A stretch of DNA of 64,000 bases, from assembly GCF_001194135.2 (NCBI RefSeq), contig NC_069002.1:37052886-37116885 (forward strand). The letters run 5' to 3'. The translations under genes and the position numbers were made by a program. The stretch is from Octopus bimaculoides (taxonomy: Eukaryota). Below, one piece after another: positions 39,959 to 52,346 of this stretch. Under the pieces are notes generated by a model that searched no databases, was not told the origin of the DNA, and worked only from the letters and a program-made list of their open reading frames with translations. How positions within the stretch are numbered: the first letter of the stretch is position 1; every line of letters begins with the position of its first letter.

Positions 39959-42900
39959 TAATAGTTTCTAATTTTGGCAGAAGGACTTCAATTTGGTTGG
40001 AGGGAACCAGTTGATTACACTGTCTCCAGTGCTCTGCTAGTAACTACACTGTCTCCAGTGCTCTGCTAGTAACTTATTTTATCAACCCCAAAAGGATGAA
40101 AGGTGAAGATGACCTTGGAATTTGAATTCAGAATGTAAAAGCCAGAAGAATTGCCACTCAGCATTTGCAGATCAAAAATGTGTAAGGGACAATGATGTAT
40201 TACTTGGTAATAAGCTTATCCACCTAAAATAGATAAAAGGCAAAGTTGACCAGTGGGATTTGAACTCAGAACATAAATGGGCTTTAAATATTAATTTCTA
40301 ATATAAGCACAAGAGCCAGAAATTTTGTGGAAGAGAACACTCTAATATTTGATTGGTAATTTACTTTACTAAACACCAACAGGACAAAAGACAAAGTCAA
40401 TATCAATGAGACTGAATTCAAAATACATGCAGAAGCATCAATGGGTGCCACTTTAGCAAGCACCCATTGCTATCCATGCAATCTTCCTGGCCATTTACAC
40501 TTTAGCATGCTTTCTAACCCTAACCTTAAACCCATTCCTAACCCAGATCAACACCCATCAATGTATATCCTTAACACAATGAACAGAAAACCACCCAGAT
40601 GGCAGTGTTTCTGCACGTATTATGTTGCAGATTAAATATATTCTATTCTTCTCAACATCTGATGATACTTACATGAGCCACCCGGATGGCAGTTCCAAAT
40701 TTGATATAACCATTTGGTTGGACTTGATGTAATTTTGATAATATCCTGCCCACATCCGTTGTTAATGTAACCAGAACTTTCACACTAGGAAAATGAAAGC
40801 AATGAAAAGAGTGGGGAAAAAGAAGAGAAAGAGATTACGTCAATTTCATGTTTTCACGATCTTGTATTGTGGGGAGAGCAAAATGCTCATTGCCAGGTTT
40901 GTTTTTGCCTGAGCAGGTTAAAGTAAGAGTTGTAAATGTCTGAAATGTTGCTAGGTGGTCCTTTAACCTTTTGTCAATCCTGATTGAATAGAACTATGAT
41001 CAAATGTTTTCTAGCAAGAACCACTTTTGTCTTTTATTCAGACACAGTAAATCTAAGATCACATTATCCAATGCAGTAGAGAATGCGAATAGAATTTTTA
41101 TGAAATAAAATTGTACAAAATGGATTTAGTACAGTGCAGAGGAGTGAGAAGTAATAAAGGAGTGATGAGGGAGTAAAGCAGGTTGGCATACTGTCAGCAG
41201 GTTCAGAGCATTGTAGTAACAGTAAGAAAGACAGGGAGTGGACAATGTAGTAGTAGTTGCAGTGATGATGAGTGATGCGTTCGCTATCAAACACACAGCC
41301 TCCTCTTAGATACGGTCTATTGTGGTTTGTGTGTGTGTATGTGTACACACACTAGATATAGAAGGGCATACTTATTATGAGCAGTTTTGTAAACCAAGCC
41401 ACAAATTTGATATAGTGAATACTTATAATGGTCACTTGAGAGCAAATAGTGGGGTATCCAGCAAATATGTGTGAACTGGGAAAATGTAATCTAGTAATGA
41501 CACACACACACACAGAACTCTCTGAGATTAGTATCTGTGCTTCACTGATGCTAACTCAAAGGACTTCAGATAAATTCAAAGATAGAAGAATATAGGATTG
41601 CAGTTCTTTGAGTCCAAAGATCACAAGGAAGAGTGGCACACTCTCTGCAAATATTTTCTTCCTTTCTTAGTTGTTTTAAAGTGAGAGTCAATCCATCCAA
41701 TCGAATCCCACTCTTTAGGCTTGGAGCTCTGACCCCAGTGGTTCAGACCTGCCAAGCCAGTGACCAGCAAGCTGTAGGTTTTTACACTGGCATGGTTTTC
41801 TCCCAGGTGAATTACCTTACAATGCTGGAGAGCTCCACCTGACCTGAAGTTGCTGGAAGGATGTCAAACAGGGCACTGGACCACTCACTGATTTGCTGTT
41901 AAGGTTCACTCTTCTAGCATTTTTCGTTCCCAAGGTACTTACAAGGCAGTGAGGGTTTGTGCTTGAAGATTCTTCCATAACATTCTAATTAATCCATAGC
42001 CGGGGCCCTCTCAAGGTGCTAATGCTCCCTGTCAGAGTACACTTGGGAACAAAACCCTGGAACTCCCTGAACTCCCAGGGATCCACTACTGGATGCAGTT
42101 TTAAGTCATACCAGAAGAATATAGAGACACATAGTTGAAAGTCAAATGTGAATTGAGAAAAACAAAAAACTAAAAATGATACTTACTCAGACATAACTAA
42201 TAAACCAACATTATTTTCTGGGTTTGATCGTGTTTTTGATAAACAAACAACATTGACAGCATCTTGCTGAGCATGAAGCCTTGTAGGGGTGTAGTCCCCA
42301 TTTCTCATATAATCACTGTTGTCGACACTACAGAGAGAAGGACACAATCGACAATTGTAGAATGAATACTGGAAACATTTAGAGACACAGATAAAAAAAA
42401 AAAAGAAATTGCAATTCAAGGTTGATAAAGGTAAATTGCAGCTGAGAAGATATAAACTAGGAATTGTGAATAGAAAGAAGAGTTGGGAAGTTAAAATTGT
42501 AACTTAGGACAAAGAAGACTATTTTTTCCAGTTTTGCCAAGTTGAAAACATAGGTACAATTATTTCTAATTTATATATGAGTAGGAAAGACATACATTCA
42601 AATGCACACACCATACACAATATAAAAATGTTACTTTTAATCTTTTAAATGCAAGAAATGATTCAGTGAAATCTTCATTATCAATAATATTGTGTAAGAC
42701 ATTTTTTTGTCCTTGAGTAGCAACAGTTATTTCCGATTTGCTTAACCCTAGAAAGTATGGAAAATGGCTAATATTTCCTTCAAACTTTGCTTTTCTTACA
42801 TTTATTTAAACCTCTAAGAATCTCTCGAAATACATGGCTATCATGCTTCCCCACTACTCCTGCTCAGAGATGCACATATCGTCAGCCACTGAGGGACATG

Positions 42901-44730
42901 TTCAAGCGGTTAAGGTCAAGCAACTGACAAGCAAATCTGTGATATTGAGCAGAATATTTGCTATAATGATATTTCTGCTTCAGCAACTCAGCACTGAATC
43001 TGTGTGAAATGTAATGGAAAATAGGTTAGTTTCAAAACATTGATGTCCAGATCACAAAGGCAAAGTTTGAAGGGAATAGTAGCCATTTCCTTTGATTTCT
43101 AGATGGAAGCAAATAGGAAATAACATTTACTGACCAAGGACAAAAAAAAAAAAATTTTAATTTTGTTACACAATGTTATAATAATAACTTGAGAAACAAG
43201 TGGTAGGCTACCTTATTATTCCCTCCCCTCCTTTCTTCTTTCACCCACCACACCACCACTCATCAGCAGTCCTGCCTTTTCTTTTGTCCAGAGCAGTGGT
43301 TCTCAACCATTTTTCCCCTATGATACCTCTTGATCCCTGTTTCACTCAGACGACCTTTCATAATCATTTGATGTTTAAAAAATCCTATTATATTTTTCTT
43401 CATCATCAACATTTAATGTCCATTTTCCATGCTGACAGGGGTTAGTACGTTTGACAGGAGCCATCCAACCAGAGAACTGCACCAGGCTCCAGCTGTCTGT
43501 TTTGGCATGCTTTCTATGGCTGGATACCCTTCCTAATGCCAACTACTTTACAAAGTGTACTGTACTTTCGATGTGGCACTAGCACAAATGCTCCACATGT
43601 GGCATTTGTACGAGTGCTTACTACATGGCACTGGCATGAGTACACCTTATGTGGTGCTCATATGAATACTTTAACATGTAGCGCTGGCATGAGTGCTTTC
43701 CACATGGTGCCACAAGCTCCTAAGACAAGGACCTTTTGGCTAAGAGAGAGAGTGGGAAGCATGGCCATAAAGAACCTGTTTTACTCAGCTTGATACTTTC
43801 TCAAGCACAGCAAATCGCCAAAAGTCTCGGTCCCTTACCATCTTCTCAGTAAGATCCAATGTCTACAGATTCTTTCTCACCACTTTGTCCCATGTCTTTT
43901 CTGGTCTATCTACAGGTTTCTTATACTGCTACTCCCCAGCCTTCTCAAACCGCCACTTCTCACCTACTCTTTCCCAAGTCACTCCCTACATCTTTTGTCC
44001 CCAACCTCCCCATACTGATATTTACCAATGACCACACCTTCACCTCTACTTCCTCACACCCTTACTTTGCTATACACTGAGAGTACTCTCTAACTCATGT
44101 ATAATACTGTGTAGCCATGTGTCTGCTCTGTAACAAGGTACCAGTGCCTGTCACTCTATCATAATTTTAGCCTCTCACCACCAGGCATAAACCCCTCTCC
44201 CTCTCTACCGAGGGGGCTTTTTCTTTGTCTTGTGAGTTACTTGACGATCTCACTAGTGCCAGCATCACGGGAAAAGCACACAATACACACTGTAAAGTGG
44301 CTGGCGTTAAAACGGGCATCTAGTCATAGAAACCATGGCAAAACAAACATTTGAGCTCAACGCGGCCCTCCGGTTTGTTGGATCCTGTCGAACCCTTTCC
44401 AGAGTGGAAGACAAATGTCGAATGATGATTATATACATACATAATCAATATAGTCGTTGGTTATGGCTGGTCAGAGAGATACCATTGGTTTCGTATCTAT
44501 AATGCTCTTAGCGGTGACTTGTAATTATTACGGCGAAGGTAAAGAATACGCACACAGGGTGACAAGGGCTTTTGTTACCCCGAAAACGGGTGGTGTGCGT
44601 ATTCTTTACCTCCGCCATTATTACTGCTCTAAAGGTTTTAAGAATGTGCTTTTCAGACTTATGAACAACTGACCGATTATTGGTTATGTGCGTGCATGTG
44701 TGTGTGTATATGTATATGCCTATATGAGGC

Positions 44731-44818
<88 letters not shown>

Positions 44819-44848
44819 NNNNNNNNNNATATATACCTGTTTGAGAGA

Positions 44849-44879
<31 letters not shown>

Positions 44880-45309
44880 CCTGTTTGAGTCTCTGTGTGT
44901 ATACACATATACATATATATATATACACACACACTTGTGTGCAGTGTACGTGTTTGATAGATGTAGATTTCAATCTTACGGAACAGTAAAAGAATTTCGT
45001 TTAGAGATAGCATATAATAATAATAATAATAATTAATAATAAAATGCCATTTAAAAGAAGGTAAAAAGAACAGTAAAAAAGCTGAATGGAAAAAGGAAAA
45101 AAAAATGAGAAAATTTTCTGCAGCGTCAGAAGCATGTCTGAGAGTGGATGGATGTAATTGTGGAAGAAGAAACGGTGGACGAAGGGGAAATATTCCTTCG
45201 TCGGTTGCCGAAAACGATTTTCCGTAGAAATTTTCTGTTTAGAAACCAAACAAGAAAAGGAAATTAGTTGAAATTCTATTTACCAGACCATCGTACTTTC
45301 GATCACCAT
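32640..45309 (-). CDS. PSMD4: 26S proteasome non-ATPase regulatory subunit 4 (Rpn10/S5a), ~404 aa, 11 exons
   Basis: Exons 45309-45284, 42327-42187, 40784-40673, 39656-39570, 38090-38022, 37213-37152, 36197-36044, 35581-35473, 34668-34450, 34152-34091 and 32813-32640 total 1215 nt in phase. The protein runs [20 protein letters not shown] (vWA domain) through the UIMs to LENLPGVDP. Confidence 0.97.
33100..33480 (+). mobile_element. RLE-type (HERO/NeSL/R2-like) non-LTR retrotransposon C-terminal fragment
   Basis: Translation [27 protein letters not shown]...[11 protein letters not shown] resembles the restriction-like endonuclease tail. Confidence 0.55.
38164..38395. mobile_element. Palindromic hairpin MITE (232 bp)
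   Basis: Outer arms are 57 bp with 3 mismatches, inner arms 42 bp with 4 mismatches, with an 11-nt loop and TA at both ends. Confidence 0.8.
42688..43175. mobile_element. Composite MITE copy 2
   Basis: Imperfect TIRs of ~55 bp start ATTGTGTAA and enclose the same internal sequence as 2360-2808. Confidence 0.75.
44532..44616. mobile_element. 85-bp MITE with 24-bp TIRs and 8-bp TSD
   Basis: GGCGAAGGTAAAGAATACGCACAC and GTGTGCGTATTCTTTACCTCCGCC differ by 1 mismatch and are flanked on both sides by ATTATTAC. Confidence 0.85.
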
Positions 45310-45595
45310 TTTGTCGGATTTTTTTTTTTGTTTAAAATAATAGTCCTGCTCTAAATATTTCGGGTCATATGATACATTAATATATTTACGAGCAATGGAA
45401 AAAAACAAAACTGGAGAAACATTTTTTTGGTTATTTGTATAAAACACTTAATGAAGTATTCGGCAAATTTAAGTAAAGATTAAATTATTTAATTGTAACT
45501 TTTGTCTTTCATCGTGTGTCTCATTTCCTTTCACTGCTGAACGTGCAACAGTGAATTGTAAACTTCCGCTATAAAATGCTGCCGTGTTAACACCG
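45310..45595. promoter_or_regulatory. Shared bidirectional promoter region PSMD4/RCCD1
   Basis: The PSMD4 ATG (45309, minus) is 286 bp from a plus-strand donor CCG|GTAAG after 45595. The region is locally CpG-enriched, has an ETS-like CTTCCG at ~45563 and a YY1-like AAAATGG overlapping the PSMD4 start. Confidence 0.6.
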
Positions 45596-46699
45596 GTAAG
45601 TTTCGTTTTTAAATAATTATCTTTTTTAAATGACACAAGTCATCAAATATATATAAGATTAGAAACGAGACTGTATGAGGTTTACACCTTTCTCATATAC
45701 ATTTGATGACATAAATAAAAGGAATTAGCTTTAATAGGTTTTTTATGATACAGGTAGTCTTCAATGATTTATTGAATAAATATGTGGCAACTCTTTTATA
45801 GAATATGTCCTTCTGCGTAGTTGCCTTCAAACGATTTCAGATTGGAAAATTGAATATAATAATAATCCTTTCTTAACCTCATCAACGTGAACTGCTTTTG
45901 TTCCGTATATTCAGTAAACAAATCTGATATCGATCGATTTGTTTACAATCGCTCCTGGATTGCAGACGATTCATGTCCTTTATATCGATTTGAAAATCTG
46001 ATTACCATTTAAAACCACTGAAATAACCAAATTCTATTTACTAATTAACATATCTCCTCACAGAAATTTTTATTGGTTGTTTTAAATGTCACATTCTAGA
46101 ATGAGCTGAAGAATATTAACCATTCTGGATGGTAACGTCCGACCCATTCGGAAGAGCTGATATTGTGGAAGTCGGGAGAAAAAATGATTTTACAGTCAAT
46201 GTTGTTGTATATTGATAATCACTATTGAGAAGAAAGAATTCCAGGTAATTGATAATTCACAAAAAAAAAAGAAAGAAAAGAAAAGAAACTTAAGCTCTCA
46301 AGAATCTGGGGAAAAAACAGTTTATTTTTGGAATTTAACCAAAGAAGGGGAAGGATTTTCCATCGTCATCATCGTTTAACGTCCTCCTTCTATGCTGGTA
46401 TGGGTTGGACGGTTTGACAGGAGCTGGCCAGGCAGGAACCTGCACCATGCCTCTGTGTCTGTTTGGGAAAGCAGGATGTAGTTTGGTTTGTTGGGGTTGG
46501 GTGTGTGAAAATTTTATTGTTACGTGTAGATGAACACAACGCCTCTAGAACTCAGGTTTGCTGATGTGGGTGGGTCTTCTCAAAAACCTTATATCACCAG
46601 ACATCTCAGTCCATTGTCATTTCCTTCTGTGAGGTCCAACATCCTGAGATCGGTCCTCACCACTTCATCCCATGACTTCCTGGGTCTCCACCAATCCAG

Positions 46700-46885
46700 C
46701 ATCTGATGACACTATCCAGCGGCATTGACCTGCCTCTCCAGGTGCACAGTCACAAACCTACCGATTTGTCGGCTTTGATTTTGGCCTCTGCAACCAACTC
46801 GCATTCCTTTACTATGGAGTTGACTGTCTCGACTTTGGAGGCATCCGACACCATGATGGTGACATCGTCCATGTATGCTGATGCA
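46700..46885 (-). mobile_element. L1/Tx1-clade LINE reverse transcriptase fragment
   Basis: Translation reads ASAYMDDVTIMVSD...EAKIKADKSVGL*LCTWRG, with a YxDD motif and Tx1-like downstream sequence. Confidence 0.7.
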
Positions 46886-46886
46886 G

Positions 46887-47070
46887 GTAAAATGTATCCC
46901 AGTAGTCATAGGTGCATTGGGAACTATTCCTAAAGATCTGAACAGATGGAGAGAGGAAATAGGCATAAAACCCAGTTTAATACAGCTCCAGAAAACTGTG
47001 TTATTAGGGACAGCCAGGATACTTAGGAAGGTTCTTGGCATCTAAGGTTACTTGTTGTAGCCCGATAGGA
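46887..47070 (+). mobile_element. R4/Dong-clade non-LTR retrotransposon 3' end
   Basis: Translation reads VKCIPVVIGALGTIPKDL...LIQLQKTVLLGTARILRKVLGI*. Confidence 0.8.
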
Positions 47071-47245
47071 GGGTTTTTGGCATCTAAAAATGTTAGGGTT
47101 CTTTTCTTTTCCAACAGTCTAATTTGTTGAGTGTATATGAAAATAATGATAAGTAAGCCTTAAATTTGTGCTTGTTAACTTTGTATATTTAACATATTTG
47201 CTTTCTATTTTTTTTAAGTGTAAAACTAAATATATAAATGTCAGG

Positions 47246-49240
47246 ATGTCTGAAGTTTGGGCTTGTGGTTTTAATGGATTTTCGCAACTGACTGCTGATT
47301 CCATAGAATCAAAGATAAAAACTCTTCAAGCAATTCATTTAGGTCTTGAAGATAAAGAAAAACTTACTGAATGTGAAATATCCTGGTCTTTTATTGCTTG
47401 GCTCACAGGTAAGCATCTCATTCCTATTTGCTTTAGTCAATGGTTCTCATAAAACTCAACCTGCTAGAAATAGCAACCAAATCACACCATATTGTTTTAA
47501 TTCTTTGACTGTGAAATTAAATTGCATGGTTATTCCAATAACAATGTTAAATGTCTATCAAATACTTTATTTTCAAAATTAATTGACATAATGGCTGTGT
47601 ATATATAACAGAATTATGGTAACAAATGGGTCTAACTGGCCATTTTGGTCCTACTAATTGAAGATATATATTTCTATATTTCTAGACCAGCACCGATTGA
47701 TAACATGTGGCTTCAGTCCTGATAAACTTGATTCCAGTGTTAATAAGCCTACTTCACAAGCCACAACCATTTCTGTGTTGTCATCACATCTCATCATAAT
47801 GGATTCCAATTCAACTCTACAAGAATGGCGGCATGGCCGCTTTATGCAGGTTTCATTGAAAGGTGTGGAAAACTTCAAACCTAAGCAATTCCATAGTAAA
47901 GAAATGAATTGTGTTGCAATCAGTGGTATGTGCTAAATATTCTTTCTAAAAATATTCCTTATTTTGTTTCTGAACTATGTTGCTTTATTGAACCAAGTTC
48001 ACTTATTCTATCTCAGGATTGGTACAGTTGTTGCCTTTTCTAAATGGGTGTGAAGCCTAACATTTTTACGGGGGTTGCTGGAAAGTTCCTGGCTCCAAGG
48101 GCATTGCAAAAGGCCTGGTTGGAGGCCCAACCTTCTGAGTTTCTTTACAGGGCTTAGAAAAACTGAAAACTCACTGCAATAGGTGTGTGAATCTGAGAGC
48201 ATGCCTACATCCCCTACTCCATCACTGTTACCTTCCCAGAAGATTTTATACCTATGTACCTTGCCTGTGAGGACCCTGACTGAAGCTCCTCGCCACCTTA
48301 CCTCTTGTATGCAGCATACATCAATTCGTCTCCGTTCAAGCATCTCTAAAATCTCACTAGACCTAGCATTCAATGTGCCTACATTGACAGTGCCAACTCT
48401 AAAAACTGATACAGTTCTATATTTAAGAGATGAGGAATTATGTACATTATTTACAATTGTAAATAATGTAAATAATGTTCTAAAAACTGGGAAAGGAATG
48501 TGGGAAGAGGCATGGGAAGGAGAGATGTTATTTGCTGTAGCCCATCCAAGACAAAACAATGTATATGATAACACTTCCAATCAGTTAAGATGAGAAGCTA
48601 TGGGAGTCACTGCCTGGTCCTGCAGCAGGGCATTTATTATTATTATTCTTATTATTGTTATTATTATTAATGAGGTACCTCACCACCTTCTGCTCTGTTG
48701 TTTGTTTTTTTAAGTGAAAGGTTATTGTTTATTTTGCAGAAGAGAATATTCCAGTTGAAATTAGTCCGGTTTACCATCAGTCATCCATAGAATACATCTG
48801 CAAACCTCTTCCACTGGGGTGTGCCATCAGATCTGTGGCATGTGGGGTGGATCATGTATTAATGCTATCTGACTTTGGTTCTGTTTTTTCCTATGGATCA
48901 GGAAGGTTTGTTGATTGTATACTTCATTCCTGTCATACTTACTGTGTTCTATGTTGTCTATCATTTGTATTTAGAGTACATACTCTATTAGTGGGGTATA
49001 CACACACAAAAACATATAAATATATTTATATAATTATATGTATTTCTTCTATCTTAATGAATAAAAATTCTTTGGATAGAATAAATGGGTTAATAGAAAC
49101 CAATGTAGCAAAGAATACAAAATAACTGTGGTGTAGTTCCTGTTTTTAAGGCAGGAACTCCTTGAAATTTTGGGTATTTGAGTATATTTAAAAATTTAAG
49201 GAATGGAGAAAATGCATGTTATAATTGCATACTTTATTCC

Positions 49241-49272
<32 letters not shown>

Positions 49273-52262
49273 NNNNNNNNNNNNNNNNNNNNNNNNNNNN
49301 NNNNNNNNNNNNNNNNNNNNNNNNNNNNNNNNNNNNNNNNNNNNNNNNNNNNNNNNNNNNNNNNNNNNNNNNNNNNNNNNNNNNNNNNNNNNNNNNNNNN
49401 NNNNNNNNATATATACATATACATATATATATATATATCAGTACATATTGTAAAGCTGAGTTTGTGAGTGTGTGTGTGTGTGTTGCATCTATAGAAATCC
49501 ACACCATATCAGAAAAGTTAAACTTCTCCCATTCTGTCTACAAATCCAGTTATGCTCAGGTTCAACATTAAACTAAAACAATACAAAGAAACAAGCAAAA
49601 ATGCTTGTTCTAAAATCTAAGAGATCAATGAAGTAGATGTACTGACAAGTAATATTTGTAGCCACTTTAACATGGCTGTCCATTTGAACAGACTCTACTG
49701 CAATTTTTTAACCCCAAGAGGACATCTCCTCTAGCTGGTTAATGGTGTACAGCTGCATCTGATAGAATTGCAAGCTTGGGAGCGAACTTCTACTATCACT
49801 TAGCGACAGGACCAGTAGACCAGTCCTGGTTTCAGGCTACTTTTGCTACTCCTCAGTCGTGGGTACCTTGTCTACTAGTGATGATAGCTAGAGATGTCCT
49901 CTTGGGGTTAAAAAAATCACAGTAGAGTCTGCTTGAATGGACAGCGATGTTAAAGTAGCTACGAATATTACTTGTCAATACAAAGAAAATAAAATTATAT
50001 CTAACATACTCACATTGATTGCATGTAAGTTGGAATATTTCTAATTCTTATTTTGACAGCCGAGGACAAACTGGTCATGGCACCACAGAAGACATTTGTG
50101 GGCAACCCAAAGTTATTGAAGCGTTGGAAGGTGTCAGAATGGTACTAATAGCTTCAGGAAATTGGCATTCAGCTGCAGTGTCAGGTAACATCATTTAACG
50201 TCTGTTTTTCCATGCTGGCATGGGTTGAACAGCTTGACAGTCACTGGTAAGGCCAGGAGCTATACCAGGTTCCATAGTCTGTTTTGGTTTGGTTTCTACA
50301 ATTGGATGCTCTTCCTAATGTCAACCAATCCACTCTATATCTACTCTAGCTAACTCCACGCAGTCTTCTACTGATATTAATCCTCTTCCACCTTCCTTTC
50401 TAGGTAAGTATAATCTTGCTAATCCTGCCCTTGGGTAGACTCCTCCATTCATATTGAATTCCTCCTTAGTTCTTCTGTCTAGCTTTGCTAGATGCATTTC
50501 CTGACCCATCTAGAAGAGAAGTGACTTCAAATATGAACTGACTCAAACTTAGACAACCCATCTGACCCATGCCAGCCTTGAAAACAGACATAAAAGGATG
50601 ATAATCTGTTTCAACTCTTATTTTTTTTTTGTATTTGACAGAGTTTGGAGATTTGTACATGTGGGGATGGAATGAATGTGGACAACTTGGCATCCTGTGC
50701 AGGAAAAATTTGGATCATGAGTTTAAAATTACTGACGATTGCAGTCAAAAGAATGATGCTGTAACAATTCAAGCTCTGCCATATTTAGTGCTGCCACCTG
50801 ATGACAAGGAAGAGGATATTGTTGTAGCTAAAGTCGCTTGTGGTGCACGCCATACTGCTGTTCTGACAAGTAAGTATAAACTTCAATATGATTTTACATA
50901 TATAGACACAGGTGTGACTGTGTGGTAAGAAGTTTGCTTTCCAAACACATAGATTGGGTTTAGTTCCACAGCATGGAACCTTAGACAAGTGTCTTCTACT
51001 GTAGCCCTGAGTCAACCAAAGCCATGTGAGTGTATTTGGTTGGCAGAAACTGAAAGAAGCTTGTGTATATGTGTGTGTGTGTATTTTGTTTACATCCACA
51101 TAACTTAGTGATTCAGCAAAAAAGACTGTTAAAATAAGTACTAGACTTAAAAGAAATAAGTCCTGGGGGTCAATTTGTTGAACTAAATCCTTCAAGGTCT
51201 ACCCCAGCATGGCCACAGTCTGATGAGTGAAACAAGTAAAGTATGAAGTATAAAAGATATAAAGTTGGTGCAGCCTGATGTAGTCTTTTATTAGTCTCCT
51301 GCTGTCAGTCATAATTGTCAATTATTACAATCAACTTTTATAATTAATCAAATATATTTTTTTATCTTTATCAAGTGATTGGATTAATGCTTTTTTTTTT
51401 TTAAATGGTGATTTATTTCCCTTTTAGTGATGTGAACACCTTTTGAGGCATTTATGTTGCTATAATAGAAAAATACCTACCCAAAAAAGCCTCTCTGTGG
51501 AACTTAACCACATGGTATCCAGTTCAATTCCACTCTGTGACACTTTGGGCAAGCGTCTCCTACTATAGTACTGAGTTAAGCAAAGCCTTGAGAGTGAATT
51601 TGGTAGATGGAAACTGAAAGAAAGCCTGTTTGTATATGAGTGTATTTTATTTATTTATTTTTTTTGTTAAGACATATTCCTCGAGTTCTGAGTATTTCCT
51701 CACGTCTGCAACGCAGATATTTTAAATTTTGTCTTTATATAGTGTCTGATGAGCTATCTACATGGCTTTGCCTTGTGGAGGCAAAACCTTGGGTAACTCT
51801 ATGTCCAAGATATTAAATTTTGTTGTAATAATTACTGCTCTATTCTTTAGAGTGTGCTTCTTTCTGATATATGGTTTTTTTTTATTAACTATATATAATT
51901 ATATATGCATATATATATATGCGTGTGTGTGTGTGAAGGCGCATGGCTCAGTGGTTAGATCGCCGAGCTTACGATTGTAAGTTCGAATCCCGGACCGGGC
52001 TGCGTGTTGTGTTCTTGAGCAAGACACTTTATTTCACGTTGCTCCAGTTCACTCAGCTGTAGAAATGAGTTGCGACGTCAGAGGTGCCAAGCTGTATCGG
52101 CCCCTTTGCCCTTCCCTTGGATAACACTGGTGGCGTGGAGAAGGGAAGCTGGTATGCATGGGCGATTGCTGGTCTTCCACAAACAATTCTGTCCGGATTT
52201 GTGTCTCAGAGGGAAATTTCTAGGTACAATCCCATGGCCAATCATGACCGAAAGGGGTCTCA

Positions 52263-52346
<84 letters not shown>

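Noticed and set aside
48017-48049. Extra RCCD1 exon (GLVQLLPFLNG)
   Set aside because: The acceptor is good, but every available donor gives a frameshift or stop with the next exon. The model is complete without it.
51219-51240. Hammerhead core CTGATGAGTGAAAC
   Set aside because: Only 2 nt lie between the core halves, so stem II cannot form. It is a variant of the SINE tail GTCAAATGACTGAAAC.
51938-52000. tRNA gene
   Set aside because: It has A and B boxes but no full cloverleaf and continues into a SINE body. The same applies to the other tRNA-like SINE heads.
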